Positions 28,409 to 35,987 of a DNA stretch of 35,987 bases are shown here, in pieces. The position numbers were made by a program, and so were the translations under genes. The notes under the pieces are model-generated. The model did no database searches and was not told where the DNA came from. It worked only from the letters and a program-made list of their open reading frames with translations. The stretch spans positions 1-35,987 of the IMG/VR virus record IMGVR_UViG_3300033518_000152, one strand, 5' to 3'. The DNA is from a virus. Lineage: Duplodnaviria > Caudoviricetes. The stretch's first letter is position 1. Every line of letters begins with the position of its first letter.

Positions 28409-29097
28409 TATGATGCTTCTTTAAGTTCTCTTTTTAATCTCCAAGTTTCTTTGGCTTTTTCTTTTGCTTCTTGACTCATTTTCTTACCAAAATTAGGATT
28501 ATTATTACCTCTATAATTTTCTTTAAATTCTTCTGTTCTAGTTTTACCGAAGTTAGATGAACTGATTTTAATCTTTGTTTCTTCTCTACAAATTTTACCA
28601 GTGTTTGATTTGCTTATTTTAGCTCTGGTTTCTGGAGAATTAATATTTCCAATGTGAGCTTTTGAAATATTCAACTTAGTCTGTTCGCTTCTAATTTTTC
28701 CTGTATTGGCAATTCTTAATTTTTCTTTTGTTTCTTTGCTGAGTGTTCTACCTAAATTCAATTTACTCAATTTAATTCTAGATTCTTTAGACCACTTAGC
28801 TCCGATAGAACCATCTCCACCATTAGTCATATTAACTAATTTCCCTAATCCTAAATCTTTTCTTCCGTATTTCTTTATTAAATGAATTTCTAGCTTACAA
28901 GCTACTTTCCAAGATAAATTCTCAGCGACTATTTTGACGGTGTATCCGTATTTATTTACAATATTATTCCAATACGGATTTCTACCGGAATCGTAAGGTC
29001 TATTCTTGATTCCTATCCCAATATAAAAAATTTCATTCGTATCATTTCTAAGATGCAAATAAACTTTAACGTTTCCGTCCTTTTTTAGCTGTCTCAT
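28408..29097 (-). CDS. GIY-YIG-type homing endonuclease with NUMOD3 repeats
   Basis: VYLH...FYIGIG..R...E..LI...LVNMTNGGDG, followed by tandem SxETKxKIS repeats. Confidence 0.88.
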   Translation of the reverse strand: MRQLKKDGNVKVYLHLRNDTNEIFYIGIGIKNRPYDSGRNPYWNNIVNKYGYTVKIVAENLSWKVACKLEIHLIKKYGRKDLGLGKLVNMTNGGDGSIGAKWSKESRIKLSKLNLGRTLSKETKEKLRIANTGKIRSEQTKLNISKAHIGNINSPETRAKISKSNTGKICREETKIKISSSNFGKTRTEEFKENYRGNNNPNFGKKMSQEAKEKAKETWRLKRELKEAS

Positions 29098-30082
29098 TTT
29101 TTAATTTTGGATTAATCTTTCTTCTTCAGAATATTTATCGTTATCAAATAAATATTGAGCTTTTCTAGCAATTCCATTTATAGGCATATCTTTAAGTTCT
29201 TCGCCCACTTGCAAGCAATCTTCTTTTGTTCTAACTTTTAGAATATCTCTATTCATCTCAATTATATGATAAACCATTAAATGCTTGTATCGTATTGTTA
29301 AAACCGACTCTGGATTAGTTGCGCGTCCTCCGCTCAACATTTCAATTTTGGATTCTTCTAGAACTTCGTAGTCTGTTCCCTCTTCCAAAACCACTAATGG
29401 TAATTTATCTGAACTGAACATGTAGATTTTTTCAATCTCCACTATTGGATATTCTACAAATGCAACGATTTTATTACTCAACAGACGTGTTCTTATTATT
29501 TCATTATAGAATCCTTCAACTTCTCTGAGAATTATCCTATCCATGAAACCTAACTTATCAGAAGCTCTGGCAGTTACTCTGGCTGTCCCGGAAGTATTTT
29601 TGGTCCAATTTTCATATTTAGTATCTACTTTTATGGATTGTATAGCTATTCTTGTTTCTGCTCTAGAAGCAAAAATCCACCCAACTCCCAAGCAGTTGTT
29701 ACAACTAACCAACGGTTGTCCAGAACCTTTTACAGCACAAGGACAGCGATAGGCTTTATCCAAATAAACCTCATACCCTTTATCAAAAACAAGAGCATCA
29801 AATCTTTGCGGTTCAAAGCGAACTTGATGACCTACATTTTCGGCAGGTGTTTTGGTTACGGTCGCTCTTTTTGTAAAATTTTCAGACATTCGTTAAAACT
29901 TTAGAATTAGTATTTCTTTTTCTAGTCTCTAATCTTTTAAGTATTGTCTCGGGCGACGTTTTCTTTCCTTTATTCCAAGAAGTACCTCCTAAATTTCCTC
30001 TGTTCCCTAATCCTAAATCTTTTCTTCCGTATTTCTTTATTAAATGAATTTCTAGCTTACAAGCTGCTTTCCAAGATAAATT
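28841..30082. repeat. Direct repeat pair (28841-28920 and 30003-30082; 80 bp with one mismatch) shared by the two endonuclease genes
   Basis: Aligned by eye: 63 identical nt, one A/G mismatch, 16 identical nt; looser similarity continues to the 5' ends of both genes. Confidence 0.9.
29101..29889 (-). CDS. Putative head closure/neck protein with Cys motif
   Basis: AYRCPC...SCNNCLGVGWIF...LGFMDRI is typical of Twort-like head completion proteins. Confidence 0.75.
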   Translation of the reverse strand: MSENFTKRATVTKTPAENVGHQVRFEPQRFDALVFDKGYEVYLDKAYRCPCAVKGSGQPLVSCNNCLGVGWIFASRAETRIAIQSIKVDTKYENWTKNTSGTARVTARASDKLGFMDRIILREVEGFYNEIIRTRLLSNKIVAFVEYPIVEIEKIYMFSSDKLPLVVLEEGTDYEVLEESKIEMLSGGRATNPESVLTIRYKHLMVYHIIEMNRDILKVRTKEDCLQVGEELKDMPINGIARKAQYLFDNDKYSEEERLIQN

Positions 30083-30259
30083 TTTAGCAACTATTTTTAC
30101 GGTGTATCCCGATAGTCGGGCAGTATTTTTCCAATATGAACTTCTACCATTTTCAACGAACGGTCTATTTTCTATTCCTATTCCGATATAAAAAATTTCA
30201 TTCGTATCGTTTCTAAGATGCAAGTAAACTTTGACATCTTTTCTTTCTTTATTATCCAT
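29882..30259 (-). CDS. Truncated GIY-YIG homing endonuclease paralogue
   Basis: Closely similar to 28408..29097 up to GRKDLGLG, then lacks the NxTxGGDG motif and most NUMOD3 repeats. Confidence 0.8.
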   Translation of the reverse strand: MDNKERKDVKVYLHLRNDTNEIFYIGIGIENRPFVENGRSSYWKNTARLSGYTVKIVAKNLSWKAACKLEIHLIKKYGRKDLGLGNRGNLGGTSWNKGKKTSPETILKRLETRKRNTNSKVLTNV

Positions 30260-30269
30260 AGAAAATTAT

Positions 30270-31067
30270 TTACAAAGACATAAATAGAATCCCAAGGTAT
30301 TCGGATTTTAAATCTTTAATTGTTTGTTCTAATTCGTGCTGATATTGGTCAACTCTTCCGGAAAACGCTCCTTTTCCACCGCCTTTTGTAGTGCTATAAG
30401 TTTGAGATATTCCATCAATAGCGATGCTTTGATTTCCTATTCCTGCTCCGTATATTAAATCTCCTGCGATAGCTAAGATTTGTATAGAAGCTAACTTACC
30501 CACTGCGTCAGCGATATCAACGGGAATATTATCTGTATCCCATCCAGAGCAATATGTTATTTCCCAATAGTTAGGAATATTATTTGCTCCCGTCATTAAA
30601 CGACTCGGCCAAATACCTGAATAAGTACCTTGATACATTGTGCTCGTGTCTCCGTCTTTAGCGTTTGGTAAGATGTAAACGTTTCTGAATGAAACAGGGT
30701 CAGTAGAATCTTTTACGCTCAACCAAGATGCGGGATAATTTATTTGGGTAACATTGTTTATTCTACCTTTTAATCCTAATGGAGTGTGAATTGGAAAAAC
30801 TGTTCTTATGTAACCCCAACTTCCGTATTCTTGTCGATTGTAGTCTTGCTCTTCAATCATCTTTTGCTTTATCAGCTTGATTGATAGTATATTTTCAAAG
30901 TATTTTTGCGCTGCTTTTATTTTCTGCTTTATCAACTCCGGACTTATTTTAGCTCCCGATGGATAACATAAAGGTATTCCGGCAAGGTATAAGTTTTGTA
31001 AATTAGAGGGACTCATCAAAAGTCCCTCATTTTTACTGAATTGGATGTTGAAATTTATTGTTGACAT
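30270..31067 (-). CDS. Putative head-tail adaptor
   Basis: Second gene after the capsid gene; ITYCSGW...DAVGKLA...GAGIGNQSIAIDGISQ. Confidence 0.75.
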   Translation of the reverse strand: MSTINFNIQFSKNEGLLMSPSNLQNLYLAGIPLCYPSGAKISPELIKQKIKAAQKYFENILSIKLIKQKMIEEQDYNRQEYGSWGYIRTVFPIHTPLGLKGRINNVTQINYPASWLSVKDSTDPVSFRNVYILPNAKDGDTSTMYQGTYSGIWPSRLMTGANNIPNYWEITYCSGWDTDNIPVDIADAVGKLASIQILAIAGDLIYGAGIGNQSIAIDGISQTYSTTKGGGKGAFSGRVDQYQHELEQTIKDLKSEYLGILFMSL

Positions 31068-31399
31068 TATTCAATCGTTTTGATGATGAATTTAATTAAC
31101 AATGCTTTATTCTTTAGAAACTTGGCGTATGATGCTTCATCAACTCCGGATGTTTCTAAGATGGCTTTTAAATCTTCTAAACTAAGTTTGTTCAGAGATT
31201 CTTTACTTAGTGGATTTTCGTCCTCTGCTTGTTTCTTAACGGCAATTTCAAAATCAGGATGACCCTCTAGAATTTTTGCGCATTCTTTAGATACGCTCAA
31301 GCTTCCGTCAGCCTCAATGAATACTTCGCCATCAATTGGTAAATTTACTGTAGTTCCGTGAAAAACAGGTTTTGTTGATTTAATTTTAATATTTTCCAT
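31067..31399 (-). CDS. Hypothetical protein with C-terminal Rho-N/HeH-like helical motif
   Basis: LNKLSLEDLKAIL...G...NKALLIKFI; directly after the capsid gene. Confidence 0.6.
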   Translation of the reverse strand: MENIKIKSTKPVFHGTTVNLPIDGEVFIEADGSLSVSKECAKILEGHPDFEIAVKKQAEDENPLSKESLNKLSLEDLKAILETSGVDEASYAKFLKNKALLIKFIIKTIE

Positions 31400-31421
31400 T
31401 TTTTAAATTTTAATTGTTAAT

Positions 31422-31460
31422 AAAAAAGGGAGACTGATTTCACAATCTAATCTCCCTTTT
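31422..31460 (-). terminator. Intrinsic terminator after the major capsid gene
   Basis: Minus strand AAAAGGGAGATTAGATT-GTGA-AATCAGTCTCCC-TTTTTT, 24 nt after the stop. Confidence 0.85.
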
Positions 31461-31484
31461 GATATTCAATGTTTTGGAAACTCT

Positions 31485-32966
31485 TTACACTGGTGCGTTG
31501 TTTCCGATGTTTATGATTCTAACCATCTTTTTAGGAGCATACAGGAACGGAGTACCGTAAAGTAAAATCATAAAACGATAGGCAGGAGCAAGCAAAGCTA
31601 AGTCCATCTTCATCAACGGAGCAAGTTGAGCGAACTCAATAACTTCGTTATCCATTTGGAACAAGATAGCTTGGTCTGTATCTGGCATGTAACGGTTTCT
31701 GTCTCTAACAGTTCCGGCTGCTCCACCATCAAATCCAGCAACGTTTTCAGTTACTGAAACAGTGAACAAGAAGTAGTAAGTTCCAGAACCGCCCACTTTT
31801 TCGCGATAAACAGCATAAGAAGTTGCAGGATTTGCTCCTCCTCCGTCTGTGAAGTCAACTGTTACAGAAGTTCCAGCAGTAACTACGGTAGCAGCAGCAG
31901 AAACTCCAAGAGCAGATTCTCCGTAACGGTTTACACCAGCTACACCATATTTGAAACTTCCCGCATCAGAAGCAGCCCATTTAGATAAAGGGTCAGCGGC
32001 AGTAACTACAGAAGTAACACCTGTAGGAGTTTCAGGAGCCAAAATTGAAGTGGCGGCAGAAACAGAAGTTTTGGACGGTTTTTTGTTGAAGAAAATATCC
32101 CAATTCAAACCAATGTTTCCGAACTGAGATTCGAAAGACTTAACTCTTTGACCCATAACACCCGCACTTAACGCTTGAGTATTCGGTTGGATGAATTTAT
32201 TTCCGTAGAAATTTTTCACAAAGTTAGAAAGAACAGCTGGTGGTGCAAAAATTTCATTACCCAAACCAAAGTTTTGGATGATACCATTAGCTGAGTCTTC
32301 GATTAATTCCTCAGTCAAATACGTTCCACGAGCGTCTTGAACAACTCCAGAAGTGTGATACTCTTCCAAAGACACAGCACCTGAATTTCTTTGGTGTTGA
32401 GCTAAGAAACCATTGAATTCTTGAGGAACCAAAGATTCGTCTCCAAAATACAACGATTTGTTCAATTGACGTAAAATCCAAAGAGTACCGTTTTTGATTT
32501 CTCTTTCAACGATATTCCCAACGTTGGTATTAACCAAAGTCATAGGGTGAGAAACGGATTTCACAACTCCCATAAATTTAACCAATTGCGCACGTCTAAT
32601 GTACAAAGAGTCTTCTTCGTTCGGAAGTTCCCCCTCATTATAGAATCCACCACGACTTTGTCCGTAGTCAGCTAATTGGTTGTATTCTTCAACGGTGTTG
32701 TATGCTGCTTTTTTAGGCACCATTTTCCAAAGTTGAATGTCGCTTTCCTTGAAAGTCAAGTGCTTTAGATTTTTATCTAAAGATTCTACTTTCAATGGAG
32801 CACCAGACGCTGTAGATAAATCCGTGGTTTCACGACCCGTGATTGACCCAGCTTCCAATGCTTTCTGTAATTGGCTTAATTCTTCCATCGAAGAACCACC
32901 AAAAACCGCAGATTGACTGCTGGCAGCCGTTCTTGCGTAATCCTGTAAATTTAAACCTGAGTTCAT
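31485..32966 (-). CDS. Major capsid protein (Twort/SPO1-like)
   Basis: GAPLKVESLD..LKHLTF, YFGD...EFNG and C-terminal LAPLMKMDLA...LLYG...APKKMVRIINI match my recollection of the phage K-type capsid; terminator follows. Confidence 0.93.
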   Translation of the reverse strand: MNSGLNLQDYARTAASSQSAVFGGSSMEELSQLQKALEAGSITGRETTDLSTASGAPLKVESLDKNLKHLTFKESDIQLWKMVPKKAAYNTVEEYNQLADYGQSRGGFYNEGELPNEEDSLYIRRAQLVKFMGVVKSVSHPMTLVNTNVGNIVEREIKNGTLWILRQLNKSLYFGDESLVPQEFNGFLAQHQRNSGAVSLEEYHTSGVVQDARGTYLTEELIEDSANGIIQNFGLGNEIFAPPAVLSNFVKNFYGNKFIQPNTQALSAGVMGQRVKSFESQFGNIGLNWDIFFNKKPSKTSVSAATSILAPETPTGVTSVVTAADPLSKWAASDAGSFKYGVAGVNRYGESALGVSAAATVVTAGTSVTVDFTDGGGANPATSYAVYREKVGGSGTYYFLFTVSVTENVAGFDGGAAGTVRDRNRYMPDTDQAILFQMDNEVIEFAQLAPLMKMDLALLAPAYRFMILLYGTPFLYAPKKMVRIINIGNNAPV

Positions 32967-32998
32967 ATTTCTTGATTTAATTGGTTATTAATGAGTAT

Positions 32999-34534
32999 TT
33001 ATTGTGTAATTGTAATTCCTTCTTCTTCTCTGATGCGGTTCAAAATAGAAGCAGGAAGATTTCCACTTGCTTCAAAGTTTAAACACGCTTTGCTAAATTC
33101 TTCGTCAAAACCTTTTTCAAAAGTTTTGTGGTCTAGCACTTCCAGAATTTGCGCTCTGTTCCGAGCAACACTCAAAGTTTTACCTCCGGCATTATTCTCC
33201 TTACCTTTTTGGATATTTTCATCTCCTTCAAAGCGTGGCGCAAATGTTTTTGCAATTGATTTACGAGCGTTTGGGACGGCACCGAAGTTTTCGATTGTTT
33301 CCATTAAACCTTTAATCAATTCATTTTGTTGTGAGATTGCTTCGTTTTGAACGGCGAACGCTTCCAAACTTTCATCAATCTTACCTTTTAGGATAGCGTT
33401 TTCTTTCAACGTTTCTCCAACAAGAACTCCGATAGCTCTATTTTCCAATGTTGCTATTTGTCTTGATTTTTCAATTTCTCCAAATATAGCGTTTGGAGTT
33501 TCAAGAGTTGGCAAGGCTTTTTTAACTTCCTTATCATCTTTGTCGTCCTTTTCGTCTTCATCAGACTCTTTACGGTCGTAGAACTTTTCTTGAACTTTTT
33601 TGGCAACTTTTTCAGCTTCTTCGTCTTCTTCTTCCTCAGTCTTAGCCTTAGCCTTAGCCTTAACTAAGAATGGGTTTGAATTTGCTGCATCCAAACCTAA
33701 AGCAGCCATTGCTTTTTCGATTTGCTCGTCTTTTATTTCACCTGTTTTCATTTTTTGACTTATTTTCGTTAGTATTGTAAAAACTTTTTCCGCCTTTTGT
33801 ATATTAATAACTGGAAACGTATCAAAAATTTTATCATACATTTTTTCTTCGTCTAAATCTACAAATTCGTACTTAGATTTTGCGAAATTAGTTACCTTTA
33901 ATTTTTCATCTAAGTCCTCTTTTATGATTGATTTGCTATTGGCAGTTGTAATGCCCTCGCCATTAGCCGGAACTTCGCCCTCTTTTTCTAATTCGTCCTC
34001 ATCTTCTTCAACATCATCATCGCCTAACGCTTTAATAATATTAGCAAAAGTTTTTGGATTTTTAGGCATATGTGTAATGGCCACACCTGTTATATTAGCT
34101 TTAAGAACTTTTTTGTAAAGTGGATTATTTTTGTCATTACTACCTCTCTGAAGAACTTCGCCCTCTATGGAAAATCCAAGTCTTCGGGTGCTACTATTAG
34201 CTTCTAAGATTTGAGCTGTTTCGTAAATTTCTTGAGCTACTTTTGATGCTGGATAAAGTTCGCATTCGATATACATGCCCTCTTTCTTTATTTCCGCTTT
34301 TGTCGGTTCACCTACAATGGTCTTAGGAGAACCCTTAACTTGGTGATGCCAATTTACTAATCCGGATTTCATAAAGTCATCCATCACGAACCCATTTGGG
34401 TCTAGAAATTCTCCATCAGAGTCTTCGTCGATAGTGGAAGCAATTCCACCCATCTTCATTATCTCTTCTCCCTTTTCGTTTTTAGATTTCTTTATTTCTA
34501 AAGGAGTGTAAAATTTAAACTTATTGACAGACAT
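32999..34534 (-). CDS. Prohead protease fused to scaffold-like C-terminal region
   Basis: GIAST..EDSDGE, VNWHH, LGFSIEG and VAITHMPKNP protease motifs in the first ~170 aa, then an acidic/coiled-coil region; upstream of the capsid gene. Confidence 0.88.
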   Translation of the reverse strand: MSVNKFKFYTPLEIKKSKNEKGEEIMKMGGIASTIDEDSDGEFLDPNGFVMDDFMKSGLVNWHHQVKGSPKTIVGEPTKAEIKKEGMYIECELYPASKVAQEIYETAQILEANSSTRRLGFSIEGEVLQRGSNDKNNPLYKKVLKANITGVAITHMPKNPKTFANIIKALGDDDVEEDEDELEKEGEVPANGEGITTANSKSIIKEDLDEKLKVTNFAKSKYEFVDLDEEKMYDKIFDTFPVINIQKAEKVFTILTKISQKMKTGEIKDEQIEKAMAALGLDAANSNPFLVKAKAKAKTEEEEDEEAEKVAKKVQEKFYDRKESDEDEKDDKDDKEVKKALPTLETPNAIFGEIEKSRQIATLENRAIGVLVGETLKENAILKGKIDESLEAFAVQNEAISQQNELIKGLMETIENFGAVPNARKSIAKTFAPRFEGDENIQKGKENNAGGKTLSVARNRAQILEVLDHKTFEKGFDEEFSKACLNFEASGNLPASILNRIREEEGITITQ

Positions 34535-34551
34535 GTTTATTGTATTTTATC

Positions 34552-34563
34552 AATAATAGCTGT
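34552..34563 (-). promoter_or_regulatory. Candidate phage late-promoter motif ACAGCTATTA (also at 26943-26952 and 1845-1854)
   Basis: Identical 10-mer in three short spacers, always on the coding strand just upstream of a start codon. Confidence 0.5.
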
Positions 34564-34594
34564 AAATAAAAAAAGAAGTGTTTAATCTGTAAAT

Positions 34595-35014
34595 TTATAA
34601 TTTTTCTAAGGTTAGGATGCCTATGTCCATTTGATTCTTAAAAAGAAAACTGTAGAAGAAATCTAATTTGGTTTTAGGGTTTTTTGAAGAAAATTCATTT
34701 TCAGAAACTTTTTTGTCAGATAGATACTTCAGGAATTTATCATTGTAGAATTTTACTTGCTCAGCAAAATATATATCCTCTTGATAATGTAACGGTAGAT
34801 CTTCAAACAGATGGTGATTTTGACATTCTTTCAAAAAGACGCTTTGTTCTAATGGGTCAATTATCGGGAAATGAAAATCAAAAGGTATCTTAGTTGGCTC
34901 CTTTTCAAAAAGCATAGAACTAACGTTACTAACTCGATTGAATAAAATATCCATCGAACGTTCTTGAGTTTCTCTTTCTCCCTTTTCATCGTAAATTATA
35001 TAACTCTTATCCAT
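34595..35014 (-). CDS. Hypothetical protein (139 aa)
   Basis: Co-oriented ORF in the head module. Confidence 0.7.
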   Translation of the reverse strand: MDKSYIIYDEKGERETQERSMDILFNRVSNVSSMLFEKEPTKIPFDFHFPIIDPLEQSVFLKECQNHHLFEDLPLHYQEDIYFAEQVKFYNDKFLKYLSDKKVSENEFSSKNPKTKLDFFYSFLFKNQMDIGILTLEKL

Positions 35015-35025
35015 AACAATATATT

Positions 35026-35987
35026 TTAATCAAAATCTTTAACAATAACTTTTCCTCTGTTCAGAATAACGCAAAAATCCGTATCTCCATTCCAACCCTT
35101 TTTCTGTATAATGGCGTCGTATCCTTTTATGGCCGCATAAAATCCTCTAAACTCCCCTCCTGGCTTTTTAGCTATCTGAGCCATAATATTATTCAAGCCT
35201 GAATTGACTCCGCCTTTCTTACTATTCATATCGTCTGTGATAGCTTGAATTTTGATTTCAGCGTCATGAACATCTTGTTTTATGCTTATCAATTTAGGAT
35301 TGAATTTATTTTCAAATTCTATTTTCTTGATTACCCTTTCACGTATTCCTCCAAAATGTTCGTTTATGAAGAAATCTTTCAATAGAGAGTATTGGAAATT
35401 ATACTCGTCCAAATGCGCAGCTTTTCTCTTCAACGCTTCTGGGTCAGAAGCCGAAGTTTTGTTAAATCTAAAAGATTTCCCGTTCGTCAATCTGATATCA
35501 TAGTTCAAGTCATCTACTTTCTCTATCGTTGCTCCAATACTATTAGATACGGCAGTAAAGTATTTCAAAGTCTTTTCAAATTTATGAATGTCTGTTTTAG
35601 CGTAAACAGTTTCTGGATGAGACTCCTTAAGAACTTTAAAGGTTTTTTCATTCCAACCTAATTCTTTTTTGTAATCTTCTTCGATGTCTTTCTCTATTTT
35701 TTGTTTTTCCGCTTTGAGTCTGTTTATTTCCTTAGCTTGTAAATCATAGGCTATTTTTGCTTGTTGAAATTCGGGACCAAAAAATTCACTCATCATTTCT
35801 TTATCCAAATCGTCCCCGTCAACAATGTTCATATTTTCGGGAAGAATCAAATCTAAGATGTGGTCTGAATTACTATTAGCATAACCGTATGCAATTCTGT
35901 AGTTAGGATTATTCTTATCGTTTATCTTGGTTTTATTTACCGCACCATAAATTCCCGCACCATACATCGCTTTTTTTCCATAGAAGC
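35026..35987 (-). CDS. C-terminal part of a larger protein with an ADP-ribosyltransferase-like fold (5' end outside window)
   Basis: Frame open to the edge (...FYGKKAMYGAGIYGA); YGxGIY and GYDAI...VILNR motifs flank a coiled-coil insert. Confidence 0.5.
   Translation of the reverse strand, partial: FYGKKAMYGAGIYGAVNKTKINDKNNPNYRIAYGYANSNSDHILDLILPENMNIVDGDDLDKEMMSEFFGPEFQQAKIAYDLQAKEINRLKAEKQKIEKDIEEDYKKELGWNEKTFKVLKESHPETVYAKTDIHKFEKTLKYFTAVSNSIGATIEKVDDLNYDIRLTNGKSFRFNKTSASDPEALKRKAAHLDEYNFQYSLLKDFFINEHFGGIRERVIKKIEFENKFNPKLISIKQDVHDAEIKIQAITDDMNSKKGGVNSGLNNIMAQIAKKPGGEFRGFYAAIKGYDAIIQKKGWNGDTDFCVILNRGKVIVKDFD

Noticed and set aside
28408-30259. Group I introns or inteins hosting the endonucleases
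   Set aside because: Both ORFs abut apparently complete neighbours with 11 nt or less of spacer, leaving no room for intron core structure; no intein motifs were seen in the helicases or primase.
953-35661. Numerous plus-strand ORFs of 60-170 aa (e.g. 2386..2697, 16809..17234, 22192..22626, 26549..27061, 32991..33350)
   Set aside because: They are antisense shadows of well-supported minus-strand genes and show no recognisable motifs.
1-35987. CRISPR array, tRNA/rRNA genes, integrase, reverse transcriptase/DGR
   Set aside because: Reading by eye found no regularly spaced repeats, cloverleafs, tyrosine recombinase or RT motifs, or TR/VR pair; tRNAscan and repeat finders were not run.

Overview
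This window is a 36-kb piece of a large, AT-rich, probably lytic contractile-tailed phage (myovirus), with nearly all genes on the minus strand. From right to left it carries a truncated ART-fold-like gene and a Twort/SPO1 (Herelleviridae)-like virion module. That module comprises a fused prohead protease/scaffold, major capsid protein, neck genes, sheath, tube, two chaperones, tape measure, hub, spike, baseplate and a collar-domain fibre. Two near-duplicate GIY-YIG/NUMOD3 homing endonuclease genes sit among the neck genes. Next come one plus-strand RNase H-like ORF, a structured intergenic region, and a replication/transcription module (SF2 helicase, KilAC, DnaB, primase, sigma-like factor). 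TAnnTTTG-type promoter boxes and A/T-rich starts without Shine-Dalgarno motifs point to a Bacteroidota host. The most striking observation is a 444-bp integron-type gene cassette (5842-6285). It has an attC-like site and an inverted ORF that starts inside the attC, it appears to have split a phage zinc-finger gene, and no integrase is present in the window. Other notable items are a hub protein with an M15 peptidase and an OmpA-like domain, a candidate late-promoter motif, and a catalytically degenerate RNase H. All product calls come from motif recognition and gene order; no database searches were run.
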